Shown in pieces: positions 1 through 8,554 of a stretch of 52,853 bases of DNA; position 1 is the stretch's first letter, and every line of letters starts with the position of its first letter. The DNA comes from a virus (taxonomy: Duplodnaviria; Caudoviricetes). The stretch is from the IMG/VR virus record IMGVR_UViG_3300032722_000027, positions 1 through 52,853 of that record; one strand, 5' to 3'. Made by a program: the position numbers and the translations under genes. Below the pieces are notes generated by a model that saw only the letters and a list, made by a program, of their open reading frames with translations, was not told the origin of the DNA and did no database searches.

Positions 1-252
1 GCCGACACCAAGACGGCGTTCCCCAAGCTGACCACCGTGGGCGGCTCCGTGGACGCGAGGGGTGCCGACACCAAGACGGCGTTCCCCAAGCTGACCACCG
101 TGGGCGGCTCCGTGGACGCGAGGGGTGCCGACACCAAGACGGCGTTCCCCAAGCTGACCACCGTGGGCGGCTCCGTGGACGCGAGGGGTGCCGACACCAA
201 GACGGCGTTCCCCAAGCTGACCACCGTGGGCGGCTCCGTGGACGCGAGGGGT
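1..252 (+). repeat. Four perfect 63-bp tandem repeats encoding 21 aa (ADTKTAFPKLTTVGGSVDARG); truncated by the window start
   Basis: Identical units at 1-63, 64-126, 127-189 and 190-252. Confidence 0.95.
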
Positions 253-750
253 GAGTTATCGCACGTAAAAACTAATGATCCAACCGCCGCCGACACCTGC
301 CGTCGAAACATTTTCGAGACCAATCTAAAAATTGGCTATTACAGCGTCGATGGCATACTGGCCATTCTCATCAATCGCCGGGGGCGAGTTGCCCGCGTGA
401 TTATCGCCGGGAAAACGTCGATGTCTTATGTGGTTGACGATGGCAACGGCAACTATTCCCACGGAGAGACGCTGGCAAAGGCGAGAGAGGGACTGCTTTA
501 CAAACTCTCGTCGCGCGATACCACCATATTCAAGTCGTGGAAAAAGACCACGACAGTTTCGCTTGCCGAAATGATTAAAGCCTACCGCGCCATTACAGGC
601 GCATGCGAGCAGGGTACGCGGAACTTTTGTGAGAGGCTGGGCAAGCTACCGCAAAAACTGACTATCAATGAAGCCATTGAACTTACCCAAGGCCAATACG
701 GCAATCAGGAATTCGTGGAATTTTTCGATCAAATGGAGACCGTACCATGA
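1..750 (+). CDS. 5'-partial repeat protein (LxxVGGxxD solenoid/LRR-like repeats plus a phage C-terminal domain)
   Basis: Frame is open from base 1; C-terminus has SHGETL...YRAITGAC..GT; stop overlaps the next ATG (ATGA). Confidence 0.75.
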   Translation, partial: ADTKTAFPKLTTVGGSVDARGADTKTAFPKLTTVGGSVDARGADTKTAFPKLTTVGGSVDARGADTKTAFPKLTTVGGSVDARGELSHVKTNDPTAADTCRRNIFETNLKIGYYSVDGILAILINRRGRVARVIIAGKTSMSYVVDDGNGNYSHGETLAKAREGLLYKLSSRDTTIFKSWKKTTTVSLAEMIKAYRAITGACEQGTRNFCERLGKLPQKLTINEAIELTQGQYGNQEFVEFFDQMETVP

Positions 751-1643
751 TCACCGAACTGGAACGCCAAGCCCGCATGAGTTGTATCGGCAGCAGTGAT
801 GCCGCCGCAGTCCTTGGCCTGTCGCCATATCAGAACCAATATTCCGTCTGGGCTGAGAAACGCGGCATGACGGAGCCATTCCGGGGCAACGAAGCCACCG
901 ACCTGGGCGAACAACTGGAAGACTCGTTGGTCCAGTGGTCCCTGACGCAAGCGGCTATCGCGGGCGTGGAGCATGACGTCCGGTTGTTGCACCCCGAATA
1001 CCCCTTCCTGGCCGCCAACCTCGATGCGCGCGGCCAACTGCCGGAAGGCCGGTTCTGCTCGATCGAGGCCAAGACGGCGGGCTTGACCGGGCCCCTCAGC
1101 GACGAATGGGGCGAGGAATGGACCGACCAGATCCCGATGCACTACTCGGTGCAATGTCACTTCCAAATGATGTGCGGCGGACCTGATTACCCGTTCGCCC
1201 TGGTGCCGGCCCTGCTGGGCGGTCGCGGGCGCTGCATCTTCAAGGTGGAACGCAACGAAGAAACCATTCGGCTCATGCTGCCGAAGCTGCTGGAGTTCTA
1301 CCAAAAGAACGTGGTGGGCGGTGTCGCGCCCGTCAACGTGCCGTGCCCGCCGGAGATTGCCAAACGGATGCGGCGCCAGCCCAACAAGATCGTGACGGTA
1401 TCGGATGGCCTGCTGGAAGCGTGGGAGCACGCCAAGCTGGAAGCCAAGATCGCCACGGATGCGGCGGACGAAGCCAAGGGGCTCGTGCTGGCCGCCCTCG
1501 GCGATGCGGAATGTGGCGAGACGGCCGACGGTCGGAAGGTGACCTATTACGAAACAAGCCGCAAGTCTTATGTGGTGGCAGAGTGCTCCTACAGGACGTT
1601 GCGGTTGGCAGGAACTGGAACCTCTAAACGGAAAGCGAAGTGA
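747..1643 (+). CDS. YqaJ-like viral recombinase/exonuclease (lambda Exo family)
   Basis: IGSSDAAAVLG, G..LE, ANLDA, IEAKT and YSVQCHFQM motifs. Confidence 0.9.
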   Translation: MITELERQARMSCIGSSDAAAVLGLSPYQNQYSVWAEKRGMTEPFRGNEATDLGEQLEDSLVQWSLTQAAIAGVEHDVRLLHPEYPFLAANLDARGQLPEGRFCSIEAKTAGLTGPLSDEWGEEWTDQIPMHYSVQCHFQMMCGGPDYPFALVPALLGGRGRCIFKVERNEETIRLMLPKLLEFYQKNVVGGVAPVNVPCPPEIAKRMRRQPNKIVTVSDGLLEAWEHAKLEAKIATDAADEAKGLVLAALGDAECGETADGRKVTYYETSRKSYVVAECSYRTLRLAGTGTSKRKAK

Positions 1644-1646
1644 TTT

Positions 1647-2885
1647 ATGACCCAGGCGGGAAACGAAGTGTTTGAAGGCGAAGTTGACGCGGGTGAAGTG
1701 GTCGCGCTCACCAACGTGGAGTCTGTAACCCGCGCCGAAGTGGACATTCAGATTGCCACCGCGCACCACTACCCCCGGAGTGTTCGGAAGGCCAAAGCGG
1801 AAATGATCGCGATGGCGACCATTGACGAGGATACGGCCGCCTCGTGCATGTACAGCGTGCCGCGCGAGGGCAAGCACATCCAGGGGCCCAGCGCCCGCAT
1901 GGCTGAAATTATCGCGCAATGCTGGGGCAATATCCGCGTGGTGTCGCGCGTGACCGATGACGATGGCAAGTTCATCGTGTGTGAATCGGTCTGCCACGAT
2001 CTGGAGCGCAACTATGTCAGCGGGTCCCAGGTGCGCCGGCGCGTCACCACCAAGACGGGCAAGCGGTACAGCGATGACATGATCGTCACGACCGCCAATG
2101 CGGCATGCTCGATCGCGGCCCGCAACGCCGTCCTGAAGGTCGTGCCCAAGGTGATCTGGAAACAGGCGTTCGATGCCTCACGCGAAATCACCACGGGGAA
2201 CGCCGAGACGCTGACCAACCGCCGTGCCAAGTTGCTGGATTACTTCCAAAAGTTGGGCGTGAACCCCGATCGGGTTTGTGCGGCCGTCAACCACACGGCC
2301 CCGGAAGAAATCACCCTGGACGATATTGCGGCTCTGCGCGGCATGGCAACGGCGATCCGTGAAGAGGGCGCCGACATTGACGAACTGTTCCCGGGCCCCA
2401 ACGCCAAGGAAACGCCGGCCAACCGCCCCGCGGCCAGTCGGACCGACGCACTCAATCAGAAGATGGCCAGCAATAGCGCCAAGACCGACGCGCCCAAGCC
2501 GGAACCAACCACCAGGGAACACGCCGGCAAGGCCCAGGCCGAGAAGCTGGCCGAAGCACTCAAGGAAACGCCGGGCGCCCCCACGGCCGCGCCGGCGCCT
2601 ACCGCACCGCCGGCCGCGCCCAACCAGGCCCCAGCGCCAACGGTTGACCCCGAGCAGGCCGCCGCCGAATCGCACCGCGTGCTGGAAGTGCAGGCCGAAG
2701 AATTCGCGGCCGGCATGAAGATCGCGAAGGATGCCGAGAAGTTCCTGGCCAAGATCGCGCCGTCCGAACTGGAGAGCGCCAAGGCGATGTGCGGCATCGC
2801 CAGCATCACCGGCCAGAGCATCGACGTTTTGCGTCCGCTGGTTTACGGCGTGAAGTTGAGCCAGTTGGAGAAATCCGCGAAGTAG
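1647..2885 (+). CDS. Putative ssDNA-annealing/recombination protein with Pro/Ala-rich C-terminal linker
   Basis: Directly follows YqaJ; has YPRS and YSVPR.GK.I.GPS.RMAE.IAQ.WGNI motifs, recalled from phage proteins in this position. Confidence 0.55.
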   Translation: MTQAGNEVFEGEVDAGEVVALTNVESVTRAEVDIQIATAHHYPRSVRKAKAEMIAMATIDEDTAASCMYSVPREGKHIQGPSARMAEIIAQCWGNIRVVSRVTDDDGKFIVCESVCHDLERNYVSGSQVRRRVTTKTGKRYSDDMIVTTANAACSIAARNAVLKVVPKVIWKQAFDASREITTGNAETLTNRRAKLLDYFQKLGVNPDRVCAAVNHTAPEEITLDDIAALRGMATAIREEGADIDELFPGPNAKETPANRPAASRTDALNQKMASNSAKTDAPKPEPTTREHAGKAQAEKLAEALKETPGAPTAAPAPTAPPAAPNQAPAPTVDPEQAAAESHRVLEVQAEEFAAGMKIAKDAEKFLAKIAPSELESAKAMCGIASITGQSIDVLRPLVYGVKLSQLEKSAK

Positions 2886-2895
2886 ACAGTTACTT

Positions 2896-2934
2896 CCCCG
2901 GCGTGCTCCGCACTTGGCCACGCCCGGGGCTTTT
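2896..2934 (+). terminator. GC-rich hairpin plus TTTT (terminator-like; shared motif, see findings)
   Basis: CCCCGGCGTG...CACGCCCGGGG followed by CTTTT, just after the stop at 2885. Confidence 0.55.
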
Positions 2935-2948
2935 GAAAACCGAATAGC

Positions 2949-3151
2949 GTTGCAGAGTCCGCGGTGGTCCGCGGGGCATAATCGGGTATCTCGGGCGGCC
3001 TGTGGTAAAAGCATCACAGGCGGTAGCAAGCGGCGAGGCTATTGTCCGCCAATAAGCCCGGCTCCGTTCAATTCGGAGCACGCAGTAGAAATGTTGCGTA
3101 ATGGTTACGACCTGCCGCCAAGGCCGCTGGTTCGATTCCAGCCTGCAACCA
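2949..3151 (+). ncRNA. Candidate structured RNA with a tRNA-like closing stem and two T-arms
   Basis: GTTGCAG (2949-55) pairs with CTGCAAC (3143-49); GCTGG-TTCGATT-CCAGC T-arm; second arm GCTCCG-TTCAATT-CGGAGC; ends in CCA followed by T8. Confidence 0.55.
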
Positions 3152-3176
3152 TTTTTTTTAACACGAAAGGAAGCCC

Positions 3177-3449
3177 ATGAAGATTATTGCAAGGGGAAAC
3201 GACACGGTTTTTATCGAAGCCACAGAACAGGAAGTGGTAAAAATAATGGGGTTCTACTGGGCCAACGAGCCCGGCTGCCCGGCCATTCGCGTTGGATGCG
3301 ATGTGCCAATTAGTGATATGTACGACGCCATCAGGAGCATCGGCCAAACGTCAGGCATCGTTCACAAGGCCGCCGAGGAAATCGAAGGATTTGCCAAGCG
3401 GATGCGAGTGCTGGAAAGGGTGATCGCGGCACGGGAATCTGTCAAGTGA
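3177..3449 (+). CDS. Hypothetical protein
   Basis: AAAGGAAG RBS, 90-aa ORF in operon orientation. Confidence 0.7.
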   Translation: MKIIARGNDTVFIEATEQEVVKIMGFYWANEPGCPAIRVGCDVPISDMYDAIRSIGQTSGIVHKAAEEIEGFAKRMRVLERVIAARESVK

Positions 3450-3550
3450 ATGCGGTGACGACTGCCGCTTAATTCGTCGCAGATCGGGTGAAAAGCCCGG
3501 TGGCGTGGCCCCGGCCCAAACGGGGCGCACTTTTACGAAAGGAACCTCTC

Positions 3551-3688
3551 ATGGGATTCAATTACCCACCGGGCGATCCGAGAAACGACCGGCCTAATTT
3601 CGTGATTCGCGACCCGATTTACTTTTTCAGCGGCCTGATTGCATTTGGCATTATCACGATATGGCTCCTGACAAAACGAGTCCCTTGA
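3551..3688 (+). CDS. Small membrane protein
   Basis: AAGGAA RBS; C-terminal hydrophobic helix IYFFSGLIAFGIITIWLL. Confidence 0.55.
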   Translation: MGFNYPPGDPRNDRPNFVIRDPIYFFSGLIAFGIITIWLLTKRVP

Positions 3689-3753
3689 AGCCGCTAGTGC
3701 ATGTTAAGTAATGCGATGTTTTCTGTCCAAAATGTAAAGCAAGGAAACCTCCC

Positions 3754-5223
3754 ATGACCGCAACCGTAACCGTATCGAACGTAGGCCCGATCGCCAAGCC
3801 GGTCAGCATTCCGGTTGACCCCGAAGGCGGCATTGTCATTTTGCGCGGGCGCAACGGCGCAGGAAAGACCCAAGCTCTCAACGCCGTCCAGACGCTCTTG
3901 TCGGGCAATGGGACCCTCAACAAACGCCAAGGCGCCGAAGCCCCTGCGGAAGTCTCGGGCTTTGGCGCCACTGTCCGTTTCTCGAACCGCACGACCCACA
4001 CGGGCGAACTGGAGGTCGTTTCGCTGGAAGACCGGCTGAGCATAGCCGACTTGGTGGACCCCAAGCTGAAAGACCCGGCCGCTGCCGATGCGCGGAGGAT
4101 AAAGAGCATTCTTTCTCTGGCTGGCACCAAAGCAGATTTCAAACTGTTTGCCGGCCTGCTGGCAGGGAACGCCATGGTGCAATGCACCCAGAAGGCCACC
4201 CGGGAAGCTGGCGACATTGTGGATATGGCCGCCCGCGTGAAGGCTGACCTGCATGAAGCGGCCCGCCAGTATGAAGCCAGGGCGGATCAGGCCCAAGGCG
4301 CCGCCACGGCCGCCCGTGCCGCGATCGAGGGAATTGACCTGCAAGGTGAAGCCGACGAATCCAAACTTCGCAGCGCCCTGGAAGCCTCGCAGGCATCGCT
4401 GATACGCATGCAGGAACAACAGAAGGCCGCCACCCTGGCCCAGCAGGCACGCGCCCGGGCTGAGGCCCAGTTGGACAAGGCTATTGACGAATACACCGGG
4501 CCGGCCACGGCAGACGCGATTGCGGCCTACAATTCAGCATCAGCAGCACTTGCTGAAGCAATGGCCGCCACAGAGAAAGCCCGGAAGTCGCTCCAGTTGG
4601 CTGAACGTGCGGAGGAAAGGGCGTCGGATGCGCTCCGTGAGTCCGCTGGCAACGCTATGGCCGCCAAGGCTCATGACCAGTTGATCGCGCAATTCCGCGC
4701 CGCCCTGAACGCCAACACGGTCGAGGGGCCCACCGCCAAGGATATGAAAGCCGCCGAAAAGGCCCTTGGCGCCGCCCATGCCGCTGTGATGAACGGCGTC
4801 AAGATCCGCGATGCCCAGCGCAAGCAAACCGAACTTGACGGCTACCAGAAACAGGAACAGCAGCATCGCAACGGCGCCGATGCACTCCGCACGGCCGCCA
4901 AGGGGGTTGATGACGTGCTGAGCCGCGCCGTGGCTGGCCAGGGGCTGCGCGTGAAGGATGGCAGGTTGGTGACCACCACGAAGCGCGGCGAGACGTTCTT
5001 TAACGACCTGTCGGCCGGTGAACGGTGGAAGATCGCCCTCGACGTAGCGATTGATGCCGTTGGGGAACGCGGCCTTATCCCACTGGCCCAGGAAGCATGG
5101 GAAGGACTCGACCCGGTAAACCGCCGGCTGATTGCTGACCACGTGCGCGGCCGCAAGGTAACCGTCATCACGGCCCAGTGTGACGCGGGCGAACTGCGGG
5201 CTGAGCCGTTTGAGGCGAAGTGA
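3754..5223 (+). CDS. SMC/Rad50(SbcC)-like coiled-coil ABC ATPase
   Basis: Walker A GRNGAGKT, long Ala-rich coiled coil, signature LSAGE, Walker B/D-loop-like LAQEAWEGLD. Confidence 0.8.
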   Translation: MTATVTVSNVGPIAKPVSIPVDPEGGIVILRGRNGAGKTQALNAVQTLLSGNGTLNKRQGAEAPAEVSGFGATVRFSNRTTHTGELEVVSLEDRLSIADLVDPKLKDPAAADARRIKSILSLAGTKADFKLFAGLLAGNAMVQCTQKATREAGDIVDMAARVKADLHEAARQYEARADQAQGAATAARAAIEGIDLQGEADESKLRSALEASQASLIRMQEQQKAATLAQQARARAEAQLDKAIDEYTGPATADAIAAYNSASAALAEAMAATEKARKSLQLAERAEERASDALRESAGNAMAAKAHDQLIAQFRAALNANTVEGPTAKDMKAAEKALGAAHAAVMNGVKIRDAQRKQTELDGYQKQEQQHRNGADALRTAAKGVDDVLSRAVAGQGLRVKDGRLVTTTKRGETFFNDLSAGERWKIALDVAIDAVGERGLIPLAQEAWEGLDPVNRRLIADHVRGRKVTVITAQCDAGELRAEPFEAK

Positions 5224-5230
5224 GGACGCA

Positions 5231-5419
5231 ATGGCAATGAACATTTCCGACGTGTGGACCGGAGAGAATCGCAAGATGCTGGCGGAACTGCTCATCCAGG
5301 ACGATGGCCTATCGAAGTGGGATGCCGGATTCTTGGATGACATTTCACACCAGAGCTATCCACCGACGGCCAGACAGTTGGAGACCATGCGGAAGATTTA
5401 CGAAAGGGAATGCCCATGA
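5231..5419 (+). CDS. Hypothetical protein
   Basis: GAGGA RBS; LSKWDAGFLDDI...TARQL, a common small phage protein pattern. Confidence 0.65.
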   Translation: MAMNISDVWTGENRKMLAELLIQDDGLSKWDAGFLDDISHQSYPPTARQLETMRKIYERECP

Positions 5420-5673
5420 ACTCATCCTGGCCAGACTGGCCGTATCTGCGGCAGGCGATAGTGGATGCGATCAACGACGATGAAGATTTGTCGTTGAAGC
5501 ACGAGGCAATGTTTCAAGACGTGGTGAAGCTCGTTGATCACCTAACCGAGCGGCTTGGCGTGCCTAATGGGGCCAGCAATCTCGGCGACATCCTGCCTGG
5601 CACCACGGACACCACCGACGGGCGATCCTTCACGGTCCCACAAAACATCACGCGCACCATTCCGAAAGGGTAG
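5416..5673 (+). CDS. Hypothetical protein
   Basis: ATGA-coupled to the previous ORF. Confidence 0.6.
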   Translation: MNSSWPDWPYLRQAIVDAINDDEDLSLKHEAMFQDVVKLVDHLTERLGVPNGASNLGDILPGTTDTTDGRSFTVPQNITRTIPKG

Positions 5674-5676
5674 ATC

Positions 5677-6147
5677 ATGGCATCACTCCAAACCGCCAAC
5701 TGCCCGCGATGCCGATTGCGTGCCGCCGCCCATCGTCCTGGCCGATGTCTGGACGCCTGGATTGCCGAATTGCTCGGCTGGCGCGAGGTTGCCGAACTTG
5801 GCAGCGGCATCGGCTACACCGGCTTGCCGCCGCACGTCTCCGAGGAGGTGCGCAAGGCGAGCGTGGCCGACGTGCTGGCCGGGAAGTTTCCGGCGATTCT
5901 CGTTCCGTGCTATTCGTCGGCACAGTCGCCGGCCCTGGACTTGATCGCGTACCTGAGCGACGGCGGCATGGTCGCCGTGCGGTTCGACAAGTTTGACGTG
6001 AGCGTAGCCGTCAACCGCAACGGCGGTACATGGACCAGTACGCAGGAAATCCAGATGTCTGCCCCACATCGTGCCTTCTGCGAAGCGGCGGCGATGGCGG
6101 CGATCAAGGCAATGACTGCTAAGAGCAAAACCACGAGGAATGCTTGA
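5677..6147 (+). CDS. Hypothetical protein (possibly phage ABA-sandwich-like)
   Basis: LDAWIAELLGW...PCYSS...A..AICxAA-like pattern. Confidence 0.55.
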   Translation: MASLQTANCPRCRLRAAAHRPGRCLDAWIAELLGWREVAELGSGIGYTGLPPHVSEEVRKASVADVLAGKFPAILVPCYSSAQSPALDLIAYLSDGGMVAVRFDKFDVSVAVNRNGGTWTSTQEIQMSAPHRAFCEAAAMAAIKAMTAKSKTTRNA

Positions 6148-6268
6148 TATGCGATTATGCGCGATGCGTATAACGTGATGTTCTGGCCGAAAATGTGCGA
6201 ATTACTGAAGGAGCATCAAGAGTGCCATTTGGAATAAGTTTCATACAAAATTGACAGGAGGAGTGACC

Positions 6269-6550
6269 ATGAACCGCGCCAGCTACTACAGGCCACCGGC
6301 GAAGGGAATGTTCTTAATTCAAGATTCGGGCGGCTTGTATTTCATCGGAACTATGCGAATTGGTGCAGAGAACTGCCCAGGATGGGGATCGCACGAGGAG
6401 GACGCTTACGCCATGCCAACGCGGTCTCTCGCGGAGCGATGGATTGAGAGGATACGAGCATCTCCCGGAAGCACCGATAGAGACTTTCGGATCGTGCTGG
6501 CCGCAGGCGTGGAGGTGCCAAATGACATGCAGGAAGGCGGCGGTAAATGA
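6269..6550 (+). CDS. Hypothetical protein
   Basis: AGGAGGAG RBS. Confidence 0.6.
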   Translation: MNRASYYRPPAKGMFLIQDSGGLYFIGTMRIGAENCPGWGSHEEDAYAMPTRSLAERWIERIRASPGSTDRDFRIVLAAGVEVPNDMQEGGGK

Positions 6551-6662
6551 GCACGCGCATCCCAGCATCATCCGTACCCGCCACAGTGGCGCGCATCGTG
6601 GCCAATGGCGGCAGTGGATTGGCCCGGCCGGTGCTGCCAAAGTTCAAAAATAAGGTGCAAAA

Positions 6663-7115
6663 ATGAGTTTGGTATCGACATTCGTTATCGCCGACGATGG
6701 GTATTTTTACGATGATCCTCACATCGGCGAGCCAGGCAATCCGGATTGGTTCATTTGCTTTGACGATGATGATCCGCCGGAGTTGGTCATATTCGACCGG
6801 CGAGGATGCCCCGCAACATCCCGGCGGGCAACGTTACGAGACGCCCGCGAATTGCTGCAAAATCGCGGTCTAGACGCGTGCTTCTATGTCGAATCCATCG
6901 CCGGACACTGCGGCCGTTGCCGTCCGACTAAGAGCATGAAAACTGCCGATGCACAAGCATTCTGGCTGGATTGGAAGGGTGTGCCGCTACCTGTTGCCGC
7001 AATAGTCCGCCACGACAAAAGGGTAAGCGGACTACAAACCATTCATGAGGGCGTGGTGTACGGCAAGCGGGAAGCGAAAGATGAAAAGCGAAAGGAACCT
7101 CACCATGCCCCCTGA
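6663..7115 (+). CDS. Hypothetical protein
   Basis: TAAGGTG RBS, operon orientation. Confidence 0.6.
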   Translation: MSLVSTFVIADDGYFYDDPHIGEPGNPDWFICFDDDDPPELVIFDRRGCPATSRRATLRDARELLQNRGLDACFYVESIAGHCGRCRPTKSMKTADAQAFWLDWKGVPLPVAAIVRHDKRVSGLQTIHEGVVYGKREAKDEKRKEPHHAP

Positions 7116-7533
7116 ATTCAAAGCCGACCTTGCCGAGCTTAATGCCGTCTGCAATGACCCGGAGTTAGATGCCTTCCCGGAAGTCGCCGCGGCGCTGCGC
7201 GGTCTCGCGCAGGACTTTGCCAATCTTGGCGAAGCGATAGACCGCAACCAAACGGAAATGGACCGCATGAAAGGGCTGCTGGCGAAGGCGGAAGCGGAGA
7301 AAGCCGAAATGGTCAAACGCAACGCAATGCTGCGGAACCGACTAGATTTGCCATTGGAGCGTGTGGCTGGCTATGACCAGATGATGGCCGAGCGTGACCA
7401 GCTTCGGAATTCACTGGAAACCATCCGCGCATGGGCGTGCGGGGAAAAGCAGGGGTTTGGCGACGATATTGACGCCCTGCAAGGATGCTATCGGCTGGCA
7501 AATGAAACACTTTACGGGAAGGTGCAGCCATGA
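7105..7533 (+). CDS. Hypothetical coiled-coil protein
   Basis: AAAGGAA RBS, heptad-like composition. Confidence 0.65.
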   Translation: MPPEFKADLAELNAVCNDPELDAFPEVAAALRGLAQDFANLGEAIDRNQTEMDRMKGLLAKAEAEKAEMVKRNAMLRNRLDLPLERVAGYDQMMAERDQLRNSLETIRAWACGEKQGFGDDIDALQGCYRLANETLYGKVQP

Positions 7534-7778
7534 AACCCATCTACCACAAGTGCGGCCGCTGCCACGGCACCGGCAGAATTCAACTCACGGGCATCTGGCT
7601 CGACACGCTGGCGCTGCTGCGCAATATCAAGGGACCGCTCAGCGGCGCCGATCTGGCGCGCCTTATGGGCTGCAAGAATGAGGCGATGTGCAACCGCCTG
7701 GTGGCGCTGGAGCAAATGGGGCTGTCGCGTAGCAGGCCCTATGGGCGCGTCAGGCTTTGGATGGCGGTGACGTTATGA
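7530..7778 (+). CDS. Winged-helix DNA-binding protein with N-terminal CxxCxGxG motif
   Basis: CGRCHGTG; LSGADLARLMG...NRLVALEQMGL. Confidence 0.7.
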   Translation: MKPIYHKCGRCHGTGRIQLTGIWLDTLALLRNIKGPLSGADLARLMGCKNEAMCNRLVALEQMGLSRSRPYGRVRLWMAVTL

Positions 7779-8497
7779 CCACCACCATGTCAACCCTGCC
7801 TCCATCGGTTCGCGAGTTCATTGAACGCCGCGGTCTGGCCACACCCCGTAAAGTGGCAAATTTGGCCCCGTCCCGGCCCGTGGTGAAGCCGGTAGCCGTC
7901 GAGGCTGCAACACCAACCGACCCCGGCGCCGTCATTGACATCTTTGTGCCCGGCATCGCGCAACCGGGTGGATCAAAAACCGCCACCGTCATTCGCCGAA
8001 AGGGTGGCGCCATCGTGATGGTCAACGGCCGCCCGCTGGTCACGACGCGCGACGCCTGCAAGAAAAACCCTGAGTGGAAGCAGACTGTGGCGTTCTTCGC
8101 GCGGAAGCAATACGCTGGCGACCCGCTGGATTGCCCCCTGTCAGTGCGGTTCATTTTTACCATGCCGCGGCCCAAGGGGCATTACGGGTCGGGCCGCAAC
8201 ATGGGCGTTCTCAAAGCATCGGCACCGCAGTACCACACCAGCAAGCCGGACGCGCTCAAGCTGGCGCGCAGCACCGAGGACGCTTGCACGGGCATTTTGT
8301 GGCGCGACGACTGCCTGACGGTGGACATTCGATCTCGTAAGATTTACGGTGAAAATCCCGGCGTAAGGATTGTTGTGCAAAAGTTGGGCGGTATAATTGA
8401 TGCACATGAGTTAATGCGCGCAGCAACGAACGCGCATCAGGAATTGGATCGGCTGTTGAAGTTGGCGGGCGAAATGCAGAACAAAACGCAGCCTTGA
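7775..8497 (+). CDS. rusA: RusA-like Holliday junction resolvase
   Basis: PGGSK, F.MPRPK.H, KPDALKLARSTEDA, WRDD motifs. Confidence 0.85.
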   Translation: MTTTMSTLPPSVREFIERRGLATPRKVANLAPSRPVVKPVAVEAATPTDPGAVIDIFVPGIAQPGGSKTATVIRRKGGAIVMVNGRPLVTTRDACKKNPEWKQTVAFFARKQYAGDPLDCPLSVRFIFTMPRPKGHYGSGRNMGVLKASAPQYHTSKPDALKLARSTEDACTGILWRDDCLTVDIRSRKIYGENPGVRIVVQKLGGIIDAHELMRAATNAHQELDRLLKLAGEMQNKTQP

Positions 8498-8554
8498 CGG
8501 CACCGCCAGCCCCCGGGCATGATAAGTTCACAAATCCGAGAAAGGAGCAACCCT

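Noticed and set aside
1-252. CRISPR array
   Set aside because: Units are contiguous with no spacers, are a multiple of 3 in length and lie in an open frame; no cas genes
729-3029. Long minus-strand ORFs 729..1997 and 2178..3029
   Set aside because: Antisense shadows of YqaJ and the annealase candidate, as expected in GC-rich DNA
3093-3151. Canonical tRNA gene
   Set aside because: Good T-arm and CCA, but no proper anticodon stem-loop or D-arm spacing; kept only as a tRNA-like candidate
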